Shown piece after piece: positions 36,411 to 49,297 of a stretch of 64,000 nucleotides of DNA. Under the pieces are notes generated by a model that ran no database searches, had not been told where the DNA came from, and was given only the letters and a program-made list of their open reading frames with translations. Location: contig OX597841.1 of NCBI GenBank assembly GCA_951406725.2, forward strand, positions 13,392,001-13,456,000, read 5' to 3'. Every line of letters starts with the position of its first letter. Positions within the stretch are counted from its first letter, which is position 1. The stretch is from Octopus vulgaris (taxonomy: Eukaryota). The translations under genes were made by a program, and so were the position numbers.

Positions 36411-37615
36411 TAATTCCTTCCTTCATTCATTCATATTTTCATTCATTGATATTAAAAACACAAGTCTTCCTGTCCCCCTACCACCACCACCACCTCCACT
36501 CCACCACCCTGTATGAATGAACACTGTCTCCTTCTTCCCCCCCACCCTCTCTCCCCCTCTCTCGTACAAACAACCATTCTTTAAGTGCTGCATCTCACGT
36601 GCATCCCCCCTTCCCCCCCCCCCCTACACCATCGTTGCACATTTTGTGGAATGCTTCTCTGCTTATAACATTTGCCAGCTTCACTTAACCCCCTCCGCAG
36701 CCAACACCACCATTGCCCCCCCCCCCACACACACACACAAACTCTCTCTCACACATTCCCTCTCTCTCTCACTCATTCCCTCTCTCTCAATTCTCTCTCT
36801 CTCACACACATTCTCTCTCTCTCTCACATTCTTTCTCTCTCTCTCTCTCATTCCCTCTCTCTCACACATTCTCCCTCTTTCTCTCTCCCATGCACATGTA
36901 CTCTCACTTTTACATACTCACACACACGTACGCGTGCAAGGCGCAGGGGCGGGGTCCCCCTGCCCCATCCACCTCACCCACCCCACCCACGTGCAAACCC
37001 CTGCAAAGAAACATACAAGGCAACAGTCTGTTGCTCTCCTCCTACCCCCACTTCCCTGCATCTCTCCCTCCTCCCAGCTTATCTTTCCTCCCATTCTATC
37101 ACCAAGAAGCAGCGAGAAAGGCCTGTTTGAGGGGAGGGGAATGTGGGGGGGGTGTCACCCCCCCACCACCGCCACTCGCCCCAACCCCAACCCAGACCCC
37201 AATGCCTGTATAAGTCAAAACAAGACATCCTTTCTTTACATACTTTTGTCTGTCTGTCTGTCCCTGACACCTCCCCTCATTCCTTCCCTCCCCACAGAGG
37301 CACAAGTTGGTGATGGTGGTGGGGTTGGTGGCTCTCTGTGAATTCTTCTTTTGCTATTTAAACGATAAATAGATAAATAAAATATTTAAAATATATAAGT
37401 ATTCTGCCCCCCACCCCCGACACCTCCTTTATGCTTAGAAACCCTTAATTGCAGCTCAATGTTTTCTTGTTTTTTTAAAGGGCCCGACATAACCCCCCCC
37501 CTCAGGGTTTCAGGTTTCTTACTGCTAAATGTGAGGAAGGGCACACCCTACAGTTGTCTCATTGTTTAGGATATTCCTTGTCCTTCTGATTGTTTAGCCC
37601 CGGGTTATGTACCTG

Positions 37616-38060
37616 CATGGTTCTTGGTTTCAAGAATTTGTCTTATGAAGAAAGGCTGAAGACGCTCGACCTTTATTCTCTAGAAAAACGCCGCCGCCGT
37701 AGTGATCTCATTCTTGCTCACAACATCATAAGCGGAAAGTGTAAACTCTCGAAGGAGCTGTTCTTCACTCCTGCTCCAGAGCGTCGGCTGCGGGGTCATT
37801 CCGAAAAGCTCTATCTGCGACGATTTCATCTCAATCGAAGGAGAGGGGCTTTCTCCGTCCGGGTTGCGGATCTGTGGAATAAGCTGCCGGACGAGATGGT
37901 GAAGATGCCGATGACCGCTCGGTTCAAAGTCTCTCTTGACCACAAGTGGCCAGAACTCTTTACATGAACACCCTCCCTGTACATAACTCCATGTCCCCCT
38001 ACATGGCCTTGCTTTTTTTGCTTTTTGAGCCCAAAAATTAACTAACTAACTAACTAACTA
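37616..38060 (+). mobile_element. 3' end of a CR1/L2-group LINE (5'-truncated): ORF2 C-terminus, 3' UTR, (AACT)n tail
   Basis: LSYEERLKTLDLYSLEKRRRRSDLI...RLRGHSEKL...FSVRVADLWNKLP...FKVSLD is the CR1-type C-terminal signature. Stop at 37967; tetranucleotide tail 38039-38060. Confidence 0.92.
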
Positions 38061-38669
38061 TTGATCAGACTTGTTCATACTATCACTGTCCCCTTTTTAA
38101 TTATTATTCGGTGGGAGGCGGTGGTGGAGCGGTTGATGGGTTGATGTAATCAAATTGATGCCATCAACCCACCTTGGAAGCATTTGAACTGAAGAATCAG
38201 ACCAAATGATGGTAAGCATTTCCTTCAGTGATTTAATGATTCTGCTAGCTCGTTAGCAGAATCATTAGCATGACAGACAAGAAGCCTAACAGCATTTTGC
38301 CTTATTTACATTATTGGATGTGAATGTGTCTCTTGAGGGGCCTGCTGGTCCCTTGCAAACCTTTTGGCAAATGGGACCAGATGAGGGCTCAGTTTGCTCA
38401 AATGCTTGCGAATCATTCACTCTGTGTTTTCTTGAGTGAGGGGCAAGGTCGGCTTTGCTTCGTGCCACAAAACCACAACGGCTGGTATACGGAAAATGAA
38501 AGAGGCCACTAAATGGAAACCTCACTAGGTCCACTTACAAGACTTTGGTTGGCCTGGGACGACACTTGTCCAAGGTGCCATGCTCCAGGACTGAACTGAA
38601 AACCTGACAGTTGGAAAGCTAAGTACTTTTAACACACCCATACACACATATATATCTTTCTTTTTTCTT

Positions 38670-39069
38670 TTCTTTTTACTTGTTTCAGTCATTTGACTGC
38701 GGCCATGCTAGAGCACCGCCTTTAATTGAGCAACTCGACCTCGGGACTTATTCTTTGTAAGCCTAGTACTTATTCTATCATTCTCTTTTGTCGAACCACT
38801 AAGTATCGGGGACGTAAACACACCAGCATCGGTTGTCAAGCAATGCTAGGGGGACAAACACAGACACACAAACACACGCACATACATATATACATACATA
38901 TATACAACAGGCTTCTTTCAGTTTCCGTCTACAAAATCCACTCACAAGGCTTTGGTCGACCCGAGGCTATAGTAGAAGACACTTGCCCAAGATGTCACGC
39001 AGTGGGACTGAACCCGGAACCATGTGGTTGGTAAACAAGCTACTTACCACACAGCCACTCCTGCGCCTA
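38670..39069 (-). mobile_element. Family A SINE, full length
   Basis: Reverse complement of the consensus. Confidence 0.9.
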
Positions 39070-39304
39070 TATATATATATATTTATTCATACACACATGC
39101 ATGAATATTTGCATATACGTACATGCATACATCCTCTCTCTGTCCTTCCCGTGTGTGTGTGTGTGTGTTAGCTGTGAAGCTAAATACGTGACTCAAAGTG
39201 CAAGTGTTTCCGGGCGGGAACTTATCAAACTAAAAGTGCCAGGCACAAAACTCACGGCCCTTCAATCACTTATGTAGCATAACAGATAATAAATGAAAGT
39301 GTGT

Positions 39305-39335
<31 letters not shown>

Positions 39336-39490
39336 CACACACACACACATACATGAGTACACTTATATGCTCACTCAGGTGTGTGTGTGTGTATGTTTAA
39401 ACGTTTGTCTCTGTCAAGTTCTGTATAAAAACAAGTTAAAATTAAACCCAGACATTATTCAACGATTTTAGTAAAGTCCATGTTTGGTAT

Positions 39491-39656
39491 ATAGGTGCAG
39501 GAGTGGCTGTGTGGCAAGTAGCTTGCTTACCAACCACATGGTTCCAGGTTCAGTCCCACTGCGTGGCATCTTGGGCAAGTGTCTTCTACTATAGCCTCGG
39601 GTCTACCAAAGCCTTGTGAGTGGATTTGGTAGATGGAAACTGAAAGAAGCCTATCG

Positions 39657-39689
<33 letters not shown>

Positions 39690-39885
39690 ATGTTTGTCCC
39701 CCCAACATCGCTTCACAACCGATGCTGGTGTGTTTATGTCCCCATAACTTAGCAGTTCGGCAAAAGAGACCGATAGAATATGTACTAGGCTTACAAAGAA
39801 TAAGTCCTGGGGTCAATTTGCTTGACTAAAGGCGGTGCTCCAGCATGGCCGCAGTCAAATGACTGAAACAAGTAAAAAGAGTAAA
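39491..39885 (+). mobile_element. Family A SINE, full length
   Basis: Consensus match; inverted relative to 38670-39069. Confidence 0.9.
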
Positions 39886-40069
39886 AAAAGAAACAAAAAG
39901 TATATTTTTACAAACAAAAGGTTGACAGTGACTTCGGAGTTTCAACTTGCTCACTCATTCACCAGACTATACATACATATACCCACGCACATTACTGGTA
40001 CACACATGTATATTAAAGCTGATGCATTCTACCTTGTTATACAGAAAAACCTTGCCCAGTCATATCTTT

Positions 40070-40785
40070 TATTCTTTTACTTGTTTCAGTCTTATGACTG
40101 TGGCCATGCTGGGGCACCGCCTTGAAGGGTTTTAGTCGAAGAAATCAATCCCAGGACTTATTTCTTAAGCCTAGATCTAATTCTATCAGTCTCTGTTGCT
40201 GAACTGCTTATTCATGTGGATGTAAACACACCAACACTGGTTATTGAGTGGTGATGGGGGACAAACAGACATAAATACATACAACACAGAAGCCTCGACT
40301 GGCTTCTGTGCCGGTGGCACATAAAAGGCACCATCCGAACGTGGCCAATGCCAGTGCCGCCTTGGCTGGCTTCTGTGCCGGTGGCACGTTAAAAGCACCA
40401 ACCGATTGTGGCCAATGCCAGACTCCCCTGGCACCTGTGCAGGTGGCACGTAAAAAGCACCCACTACGCTCTTGGAGTGGTTGGCGTTAGGAAGGGCATC
40501 CAGCTGTAGAAACACTGCCAGATCAGACTGGAGCCTGGTGCAGCCCCTGGCTTCCCAGACCCAGGTCGAACCGTCCAACCCATGCTAGTGCGGAAAGCGG
40601 TCGCTAAACGATGATGATGATGATGACGGGCTTCTTTCAGTTTCTGTCTACCAAATCCAATCATAAGGCATTGGTTTTCCTAGGCTATGGTAGAAGACTC
40701 TTGCCCAAGGTGCCACACAATGGGACTGAACCTGGAACCATGTGGTAGGAAACCAAGCTTCTTACCACACAGCCATGCCTGCACC
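40070..40785 (-). mobile_element. Family A SINE split by a + strand family C insertion (40290-40625)
   Basis: A tail at 40070-40270 and A head at 40626-40785, with a C element and (GAT)n tail between them. Confidence 0.8.
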
Positions 40786-41329
40786 TATATACATTTACGC
40801 ACACACACACACACACTTGCGTGCGTGGTAATTTAGTTTAGCATCAATCCAATTGCGGTTATCACCTGAGTATATAACTTACAATAATACTAAGTTTCTC
40901 TTGTTCTCAAGCAGAACCTTGCAGTTGTCCCTGAAAATCTGCTGACAAGGACCTGTAGAAAATAGAACCTGTGAAACACCCACTCCCCACCTGGGCCACA
41001 GGCAGTTGTTAACACTGACTATACAAAGAGATCTCACCAAATGCCTTCTTAAGAAGACCCTATTTCTGGATTCCTCTCATTCTGTTTTCACTCTAGCAGC
41101 CAGAGACCCTGTCATTCACACTGCACACCTTATTGTTAATTATTATCACACCTGCTGCTCGTTATGCCAAACTGGGTCTGCCTTGTGTTTTGTATTGGTG
41201 CAACATGGTGGGGCTGATCTGCTTTACTCGATGTGGAATTCTACCCAACACTTTGCAGGCCTGTTGCTCTCAGCTGTCTTCCTGGGGCTGCGTTTCATAC
41301 CCACAAATATTACTTTTTTTATTTTTAAA

Positions 41330-41928
41330 GTCATTTGACTGTGGCCATGCTGGAGCACTGCCTTTAGTCGAACAAATCAACCCCAGGACTTATTCTTTGT
41401 AAGCCTAGTACTTATTTTATCGGTCTCTTGTAAGTTACGGGGACATAAACACACTGACATCGGCTGTCAAGCAATGGTGTGGAGAAACAAACACACACAT
41501 ATATATATATATACTCTTACTCTTTTACTTGTTTCAGTCATTTGACTGTGGCCATGCTGGAGCACCGCCTTTAGTTGAGCAACTTGACCTCAGGACTTAT
41601 TCTTTGTAAGCCTAATACTTATCCTATCGGTCTCTTTTGCTGAAACGCTAAGTGACGGGGACATAAGCACACCAGCATCGGTTGTCAAGCAATGCTAGGG
41701 GGATAAACACACACACAAACACATACACACACATACACACATATATATATATATACATATATATGACAGGCTTCTTTCAGTTTCCGTCTACCAAATTCAC
41801 TCACAAGGCATTGGTCGGCCCGGGGCTATAGCAGAAGACACTTGCCCGAGGTGCCACGCCGTGGGACTGAACCCGGAACCATGTGGTTTGTTAGCAAGCT
41901 ACTTACCACACAGCCACTCCTGCACCTA
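41330..41928 (-). mobile_element. Partial plus full-length family A SINEs
   Basis: Tail-only copy 41330-41500; full copy 41515-41928. Confidence 0.85.
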
Positions 41929-42054
41929 TGATGGGCTTCTTTCAGTTTCCATCTACTACTACTACTGACCCAAGTAAGATCTTGGTCAGGTGGAGCCTTT
42001 TGGTTCAAGTCTTGCTCACACACATTTCCTAACTCAGGTTGCAATTTACAAAGG

Positions 42055-42096
<42 letters not shown>

Positions 42097-42928
42097 CGTG
42101 GACACGGCCATTCAAGCACTGTCGACTGCCCAACCCCCACTTCAAACCCTACAAACCCCAGAAGACAAAAAAAAAAAAAAAGAAAAAACACTGTACAACC
42201 AATTCCATATAATTAACTCCGTTTTTGCAGAAAAATTCTGTCGGTGTCGGTTGTGGTGGAGGGTGGAAGTGAAGTAAAGGTAATAGCAGTAATGCTAAAG
42301 AGATGGTGGTGGGGGTTGTAGTATGGGTGGAGGAGGAGGAGGAGAAGGACTTGGTGACGGGTGGTGGTGGTGGTGGTGTCTCCCCCCCCCCCCCGGCTTG
42401 CAGTGGGTGTAGTGTTTTGCAGTGGTGGTGGTGGTGATGGTGGTTGTGGTTATATTGACATAGTGGGTGATAATAGGTGTGGCGGTGGTGGTGGTGGCGG
42501 TGTCACTGGTGCTGCTGCTCTTGGTGGTGGTGGTGGCAGTGATGGGGGATGTCAGTGTGGTGGCGTTGATGACATGGGTACAGTGACATGGGGAGGGGTG
42601 TTGATGGTGGTGGTCCTGGTGGTAGCACAATGATAGTAGGGCGATAGGGGGGAGAGTGGGGGTTTGTAGGTGGGTGGGGGGACGGGGAGGGCTTGGGCAG
42701 TCAAGATATGCAAAGTTGGGTCCACAAAACCTGTCCGTGTGGACATGAGAACATGCCCGAACTAATGATAGGTGGACAGCCGGCTAATTAGCCTAAATAA
42801 TTTCATCGTTGCTCTGTAGGGAGTAATTAGTTTGGATAACAGGACTTCTGGGCGTGTGTGTGTGTGTAGAGATAGCAGATACATTATATATACACTCAGC
42901 AGGCAAGTAGGTGCCTCTATGTATGTGC

Positions 42929-42970
<42 letters not shown>

Positions 42971-43139
42971 GTTTATGCATATATTAGTAGATGTACAGAT
43001 ATATATTTTCCTGTATGTGTGGGTGTGTGTACAGGGATATGTTTGCATGAGAGTATAATATACACACGTATTCCCAAGCTGTCATTATATACACACTGGC
43101 CCGGCCACGTGCATGTGTAATGCACACGTAACATGCACC

Positions 43140-43146
43140 AGCAGTC

Positions 43147-43210
<64 letters not shown>

Positions 43211-43224
43211 ATTGACCAGTTATA

Positions 43225-43262
<38 letters not shown>

Positions 43263-43974
43263 GAGAGAAAGTGATGTAAACACAACTGTGTTTTCTATAT
43301 TGAGCATCTCTATATATACATACATACATATGCATATATATATACATACATACATACACACACACATACACACACACACACACACACGCACACATATACA
43401 CCCATGCATATATATATATATATATATATATACACACGCACACATATACACCCATGCATATATATATACATAATCACTTACATATACACACATATATACA
43501 CATACACATATATACACATTCACACACATATACACATTCACACACATACACATTCACACATATATACATATATACAAATACATACATATATACGCACACA
43601 TACATATACACGCACACATACATATATACGCACTCATACATATATACACACATACATACATATGCACACACATACATACATATACACACACACACACACA
43701 TATATACACACACACACACATACATACACACACACACATATACACACACATACATACATATACACACACATACATACATATACACACACACACATACATA
43801 CATACACACACACATATACACACACATACATACATATACACACACATACATACATATGCACACACATACATATACACACACATACATACATATATATACA
43901 CACACTTATATGCACACACACATACATGCATACAGAATGACCAGTCATTAAACATACTTTCCGACATAACTGTA

Positions 43975-44006
<32 letters not shown>

Positions 44007-44043
44007 CACACACATACACACATTCTTCACAAATACTTGCCTG

Positions 44044-44075
<32 letters not shown>
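43140..44075. repeat. (CA)n/(TA)n/(CATA)n compound microsatellite
   Basis: Seen directly. Confidence 0.9.
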
Positions 44076-44076
<1 letters not shown>

Positions 44077-44327
44077 CGCGTTCGTACACACCAAGGGACC
44101 GAGGAAACGTGTGGTTATCAAGTTTAATAGTACGTGCATACCTTCCCACTGAAAAGGGTATCCAGTTCGAGTTTCTTTGATACATTAGTCAGAGTGGATG
44201 GTCGTGTGTGGAGTGGAGGTGTGTCCATAAACCACCAGTTGCAGCAGCAGCAGCAGCAGAACTTTGGTGAGTGAGTCATTGCTCAGCAGTTGCACGTCCT
44301 TCACTTCGATGCAGTTTCTGCTATGTA

Positions 44328-44387
<60 letters not shown>

Positions 44388-44429
44388 CGTGTGTGTGTGT
44401 GTGTGCATGCACGAATATACCCTCTTTCT

Positions 44430-44648
44430 CTTTTACTCTTTTCAGTCATTTGACTGCGGCCATTCTGGAGCACCGCCTTTAGTCGAACAAATCGACCCCC
44501 CCCCCCGGGACTTATTCTTTTGTAAGCCCAGTACTTATTCTATCGGTCTCTTTTTGCCAAACCGCTAAGTGACGGAGACATAAACACACCAGCATCGGTT
44601 GTCAAGCAATGCTAGGGAGACAAACACAGACACGCAAACACACACACA

Positions 44649-44683
<35 letters not shown>

Positions 44684-45360
44684 ACATGGTTTCGGGTTCA
44701 GTCCCACTGCGTGGCACTTTGAGTAGGTGTCTTCTACTATAGCCCCGAGCCGACCGGAGCTTTGTGATTGGATTTGATAGGTGGAAGTTACTGCCGTGTG
44801 TGTATGTGTGCGTATAGCTGCTCAGTGCCTCTCCGAAAGAGAGAGAGGGATGTATATATACACACATATATACGACGGGCTTCTTTTCAGTTTCCGTCTG
44901 CCACATCCACTCACAAGGCTTTGGTCGGCCCGAGGCTATAGTAGAAGACACTTGCCCAAGATGCCACGCAGTGGGACTGAACCCGGAGCCATGTGGCTGG
45001 TAAACAGGCTACTTACCACACAGCCACTCCTGCGCCTATAATGTGGGTATGTGTGCACGTGTGTGTGGGTATGTGCAACTGCAATGCTGTCCAATATCCA
45101 TGGCTGTGCAACCGGTGCCAGTTCTGTGATGTGGCCATTATTTAAGGAATGTACAGTGTCACCCACTGATTGCCGTTGCTCTGCTTCCTGGCCCCCTGAA
45201 GAGGCAGTACTAGGGTACGGTTGTGTGATGAGAAGCTTGCTTCCCACCCAAGTGGTCCTGAGTTCAGTCCCACTGCATGGCACCTTTGGCAAGTGTCTTC
45301 TACTATAGCCTCAGGCTGACGAAAGCCTTGGATTTAGTAGATGGAAACTAAAAGAAGCCC
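44430..45360. mobile_element. Fragmented family A SINEs in both orientations (44430-44640 -, 44683-44790 +, 44870-45040 -, 45215-45360 +)
   Basis: Motif matches; the + fragment appears to lie inside the (TA)n spacer of the - copy. Confidence 0.75.
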
Positions 45361-45437
45361 GTGTGTGTGAGTGTATATATAATATTAATTTTACCTTCTT
45401 GGCTTTAATTGCTATGACCACCTTATCATTACTATAT

Positions 45438-45475
<38 letters not shown>

Positions 45476-45632
45476 GCGGTGAACTCGCAGAATCGTTAGA
45501 GTGCCGGTCGAAATGTCGAGTTCACATTCCGCCAAGGTCGACTTTGCCTTTGATTCTTTCGGTGTCGATAAATTATGATATAGTAATTATAATGTATTTA
45601 ATATATCTAAAAATATGAATATATTATTATAA

Positions 45633-45960
45633 TAGGCGCAGGAGTGGCTGTGTGGTAAGTAGCTTGCTAACCAACCACATGGTTCCGGGTTCAGTCCCAC
45701 TGCGTGGCACCTTGGGCAAGTGTCTTCTACTATAGCCTCGGGCCGACCAATGCCTTGTGAGTGGATTTGGTAGACGGAAACTGAAAGAAGCCCATCATAG
45801 GCGCAGGAGTGGCTGTGTGGTAAGTAGCTTGCTAACCAACCACATGGTTCCGGGTTCAGTCCCACTGCATGGCACTTTGGGCAAGTGTCTTCTACTATAG
45901 CCTCGGGCCGACCAAAGCCTTGTGAGTGGATTTGGTAGACGGAAACTGAAAGAAGCCCAT
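45633..45960 (+). mobile_element. Head-to-tail dimer of family A SINE 5' halves (~166-bp period)
   Basis: taggcgcaggagtggc...gaaagaagcccat occurs twice in direct succession. Confidence 0.9.
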
Positions 45961-46020
<60 letters not shown>

Positions 46021-46456
46021 TATATATATATATATGATTTATACATTAGAGATAAGTATTCTCTGTATGGAATACACTTTGTAGTACTCAAGAGATTTGA
46101 TCATGAGCAGGGAGAGGAGCAAATGTAAGGAGAAGCAAGTTAGTCGATATACAAAAAATATAAGATATCAGGAGTGAAATGGGTTGAGTTTTACGAGTCC
46201 GACAGCTGTTTCTGGGGGCTGGGTTGTCCGGAATAATGGTAGTGACTTGGATCCATTATCAGATAATACTGCCTCCGTCTTCAAGGGAGAATTTTACATT
46301 TGGGGTGTTGACAGGATGGAGTTTAATGGTGGAATGATTTTTGTGGAGAACTAAGTGTATTAGGGAGGGGAGTTGGGGATGTTATGGTAAAGGGAGCGGT
46401 TTTAGATTGGATAGAGACATATAGGTAGGGAGAGGGTAGTGGTAGATTGAACTATA

Positions 46457-46495
<39 letters not shown>

Positions 46496-46905
46496 ATGTA
46501 TATATATATGGTTTGAATGTACAAAGGATAAGGACAGGTGAGGGAAGAACACATGGGGTATATTATTTTGACAGTCAGGAATAATGGAAGTGTCTTTGAC
46601 ATTTTGAGCCTCAGCTCTTTGTCAGAAACGAATGGTGGAGAGAAAACGGATGGAGAGAGGAAAAAATAATGGAGAGAGAAAAAATCTATCTGGAGTAACA
46701 GTTCCATATGTTGAGTGTTTGTGTACTTATACGTACACACACACACACAAAGCTGGAGAGTATTTAAGCGAATTAGACAAACGCAGATAGCTAGCTTGAT
46801 AAGTGTGTGTGTGTATGTATAGATGGATAGAGAGATGAGTGAAGTTATACATATAGATAGATATGTATATGTAGATACGCGTGCTCGTGTGTGTGTGTGT
46901 GTATA

Positions 46906-46940
<35 letters not shown>

Positions 46941-47083
46941 GCATGCTGATATATGACCTCTGTTGGACTTCTCATTTGGATAATCACTGAACCTGGAGCT
47001 TAACTATAGTCTGTCCGTAGCACTTACTCAGAATTGCCTGACACCTTTGGGTCTTCTTGACACCATTACCTCACATACCCTTG

Positions 47084-47116
<33 letters not shown>

Positions 47117-47127
47117 TATATAGACAC

Positions 47128-47498
47128 AAGCATGGCTGTGTGTTAAGAAGCTTACTTCCCAACCACATGGTTCTGGGTTCAGTTCCACTGCTTGGCACCT
47201 TGGGCAAGTGTCTTCTACTATAGCCTCAGGCCAACCCAAGCCATGTGGGTTTTGTAGATGGAAACTGAAAGAAGCCCGTCATGCATGTATGTATATGTGT
47301 GTCTGTGTTTGTCTCCCTACCATCGCTTGACAACCGATGCTGGTGTGTTTACATCCCCTTAACTTAGTGGTTCGGCAAATGCGACTAATAGAATAAGTAC
47401 TGGGCTTACAAAGAATGTCCTGGGGCCGATTTGTTCGACTAAAGGCGGTGCTCCAGCATGGCCACAGTCAAATGACTGAAACAAGTAAAAGAATAAAA

Positions 47499-47500
<2 letters not shown>
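47128..47500 (+). mobile_element. Family A SINE
   Basis: Consensus motifs. Confidence 0.85.
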
Positions 47501-47537
<37 letters not shown>

Positions 47538-47889
47538 GACAATAAATATATGTGTGTGTATGTATATATGAATATATATGTATATATACATACATAGAGA
47601 CAATAAATATATATCTATATATATACATATGAACGCGCACACACATACATATATACATACATATATATATAGACAATGATCAGTAGATGGCTATTCAGCC
47701 AAATGTTTCTGTAGTGGATGTCATATGTTGTTGCAGAGAGTTTAGTGTGTGTGTGTGTGTACGTATGTAGATGTGTGTGTGTGTGTGTTGCCATATTTGG
47801 TGCCACACCCACCCACTTTGCCGAGTTGCTGTGGCATTTAAACACTTAGATATTTGGCGGCAGCTGACTTTGTCAGAGAAAAACGACGG

Positions 47890-47923
<34 letters not shown>

Positions 47924-48046
47924 ATAGTGAATTATATATGTATAATGGGGTGTGTGTGTGTGTGTATAATTTTCCTTTTTTTTGTTTTTTTTTTTACATC
48001 CCAATGTTAACAAGGATAAGTGATGTGGTAGTGTGTGAGTGTGTAT

Positions 48047-48078
<32 letters not shown>

Positions 48079-48353
48079 GTGTGTGTGTCTGCATATGATT
48101 GTTTGTATTCGTATGTGATAGTCATTTTATGTGTCTGTACATAGCTGGTTGTGCAGGTTGTTGCGTAGCTACACACACACACACACACACAGAGTTTGTC
48201 TCTGTGTATATATGTCGTATGTATATCAGGACATTTGCTAATGGAGAGAGAAACAAAAGTGCACGATGTGAGTACTTGAAACCAGAAACCTGATGCTCAG
48301 AGTAACAATTCATAAATGTTTAGCTTTCAATAAAATCTAATGTCTGTCTAAGT

Positions 48354-49297
48354 CAAGAGTTCCCAACCATTTTTTTTTATTCTATCTATGGACCCCTTCA
48401 TTTAATTTTTTTTATCCTGGTGGACCCTACCATAACCATTCGAAGTTTGAAAACTAGTTTTATGGAAACTTTTTTCAAAATTTCTATTTTGTTTTTCATA
48501 CATTCCCTTGTGTTGGTTAAACTATGTAAAGCATGGTTCTGAACTATTTTTCACCTGTTGACCCCTTCGATCACCATTTTATTCTGGGAGGACCCCCTCA
48601 TAGCCATTCGGTCTTTAAAAACTTGTTTTATAGAAACTTCTTTCAAAATTCCTTTTTCGTTTCTTTTATGCTTTAACTTGTGCAGAGTGAAGGGTGTAAA
48701 ATGTTGGAGGAAAAAACCCCAGCTGTTTCTTGCAATACATACATCTAAAGCAGGGGTTCTCAACTATTTTTCACCTATAGACCCCTTCGATTACTATTTT
48801 ATTCTGTTGGACCCCTCGTAGCCATTCAATGTTTAAAATCCAGTTTTACAGACCCTTCTTTCAGAATTCCTTTTTTGTTTTTCTCACATTTCCTTCTGTT
48901 GGTTGAACTCTGTAAAATGTTGGAGGAAAAAAACCCAGCTGTTTCTTGCAAAACATACATCTAAAGCAAGGGTTCTCAACTATTTTTCACCTATAGACCC
49001 CTTCGATTACTATTTTATTCTGTTGGACCCCTCGTAGCCATTCAATGTTTAAAATCCAGTTTTACAGACCCTTCTTTCAGAATTCCTTTTTTGTTTTTCA
49101 CACATTTCCTTCTGTCGGTTGAACTCTGTAAAATGTTAGAGAAAGAACCCTAGCTGTTCCTTGCAATACATACATCTACAACAAAAATTTTCTGGGGGCC
49201 TTAAAATACTAATGCAGACCCCCCCCCCCCAATTTACTATTTTGTTACATCCCCCCACCCCCGAAAATCTTATATGGACCCCAGTTGAGAACCACTG
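48354..49297. mobile_element. hAT/Charlie-type MITE with four tandem left ends and one right TIR
   Basis: Left TIR-like ca.gg.ttctcaac at 48354, 48532, 48751 and 48967; right TIR gttgagaaccactg ends at 49297. Copies 3 and 4 are near-identical with a 216-bp period. Confidence 0.8.

Noticed and set aside
35581-36520. 281-aa poly-Asp/Gly ORF resembling an acidic biomineralisation protein (plus poly-S and poly-M frames)
   Set aside because: A (CAT/CAC)n tract open in several frames on both strands; no signal peptide or unique domain; similar tracts occur at 6110 and 27170.
41006-41402. 110-aa and 89-aa ORFs in a unique stretch
   Set aside because: No recognisable domain or coherent splice sites; the second runs into a SINE.
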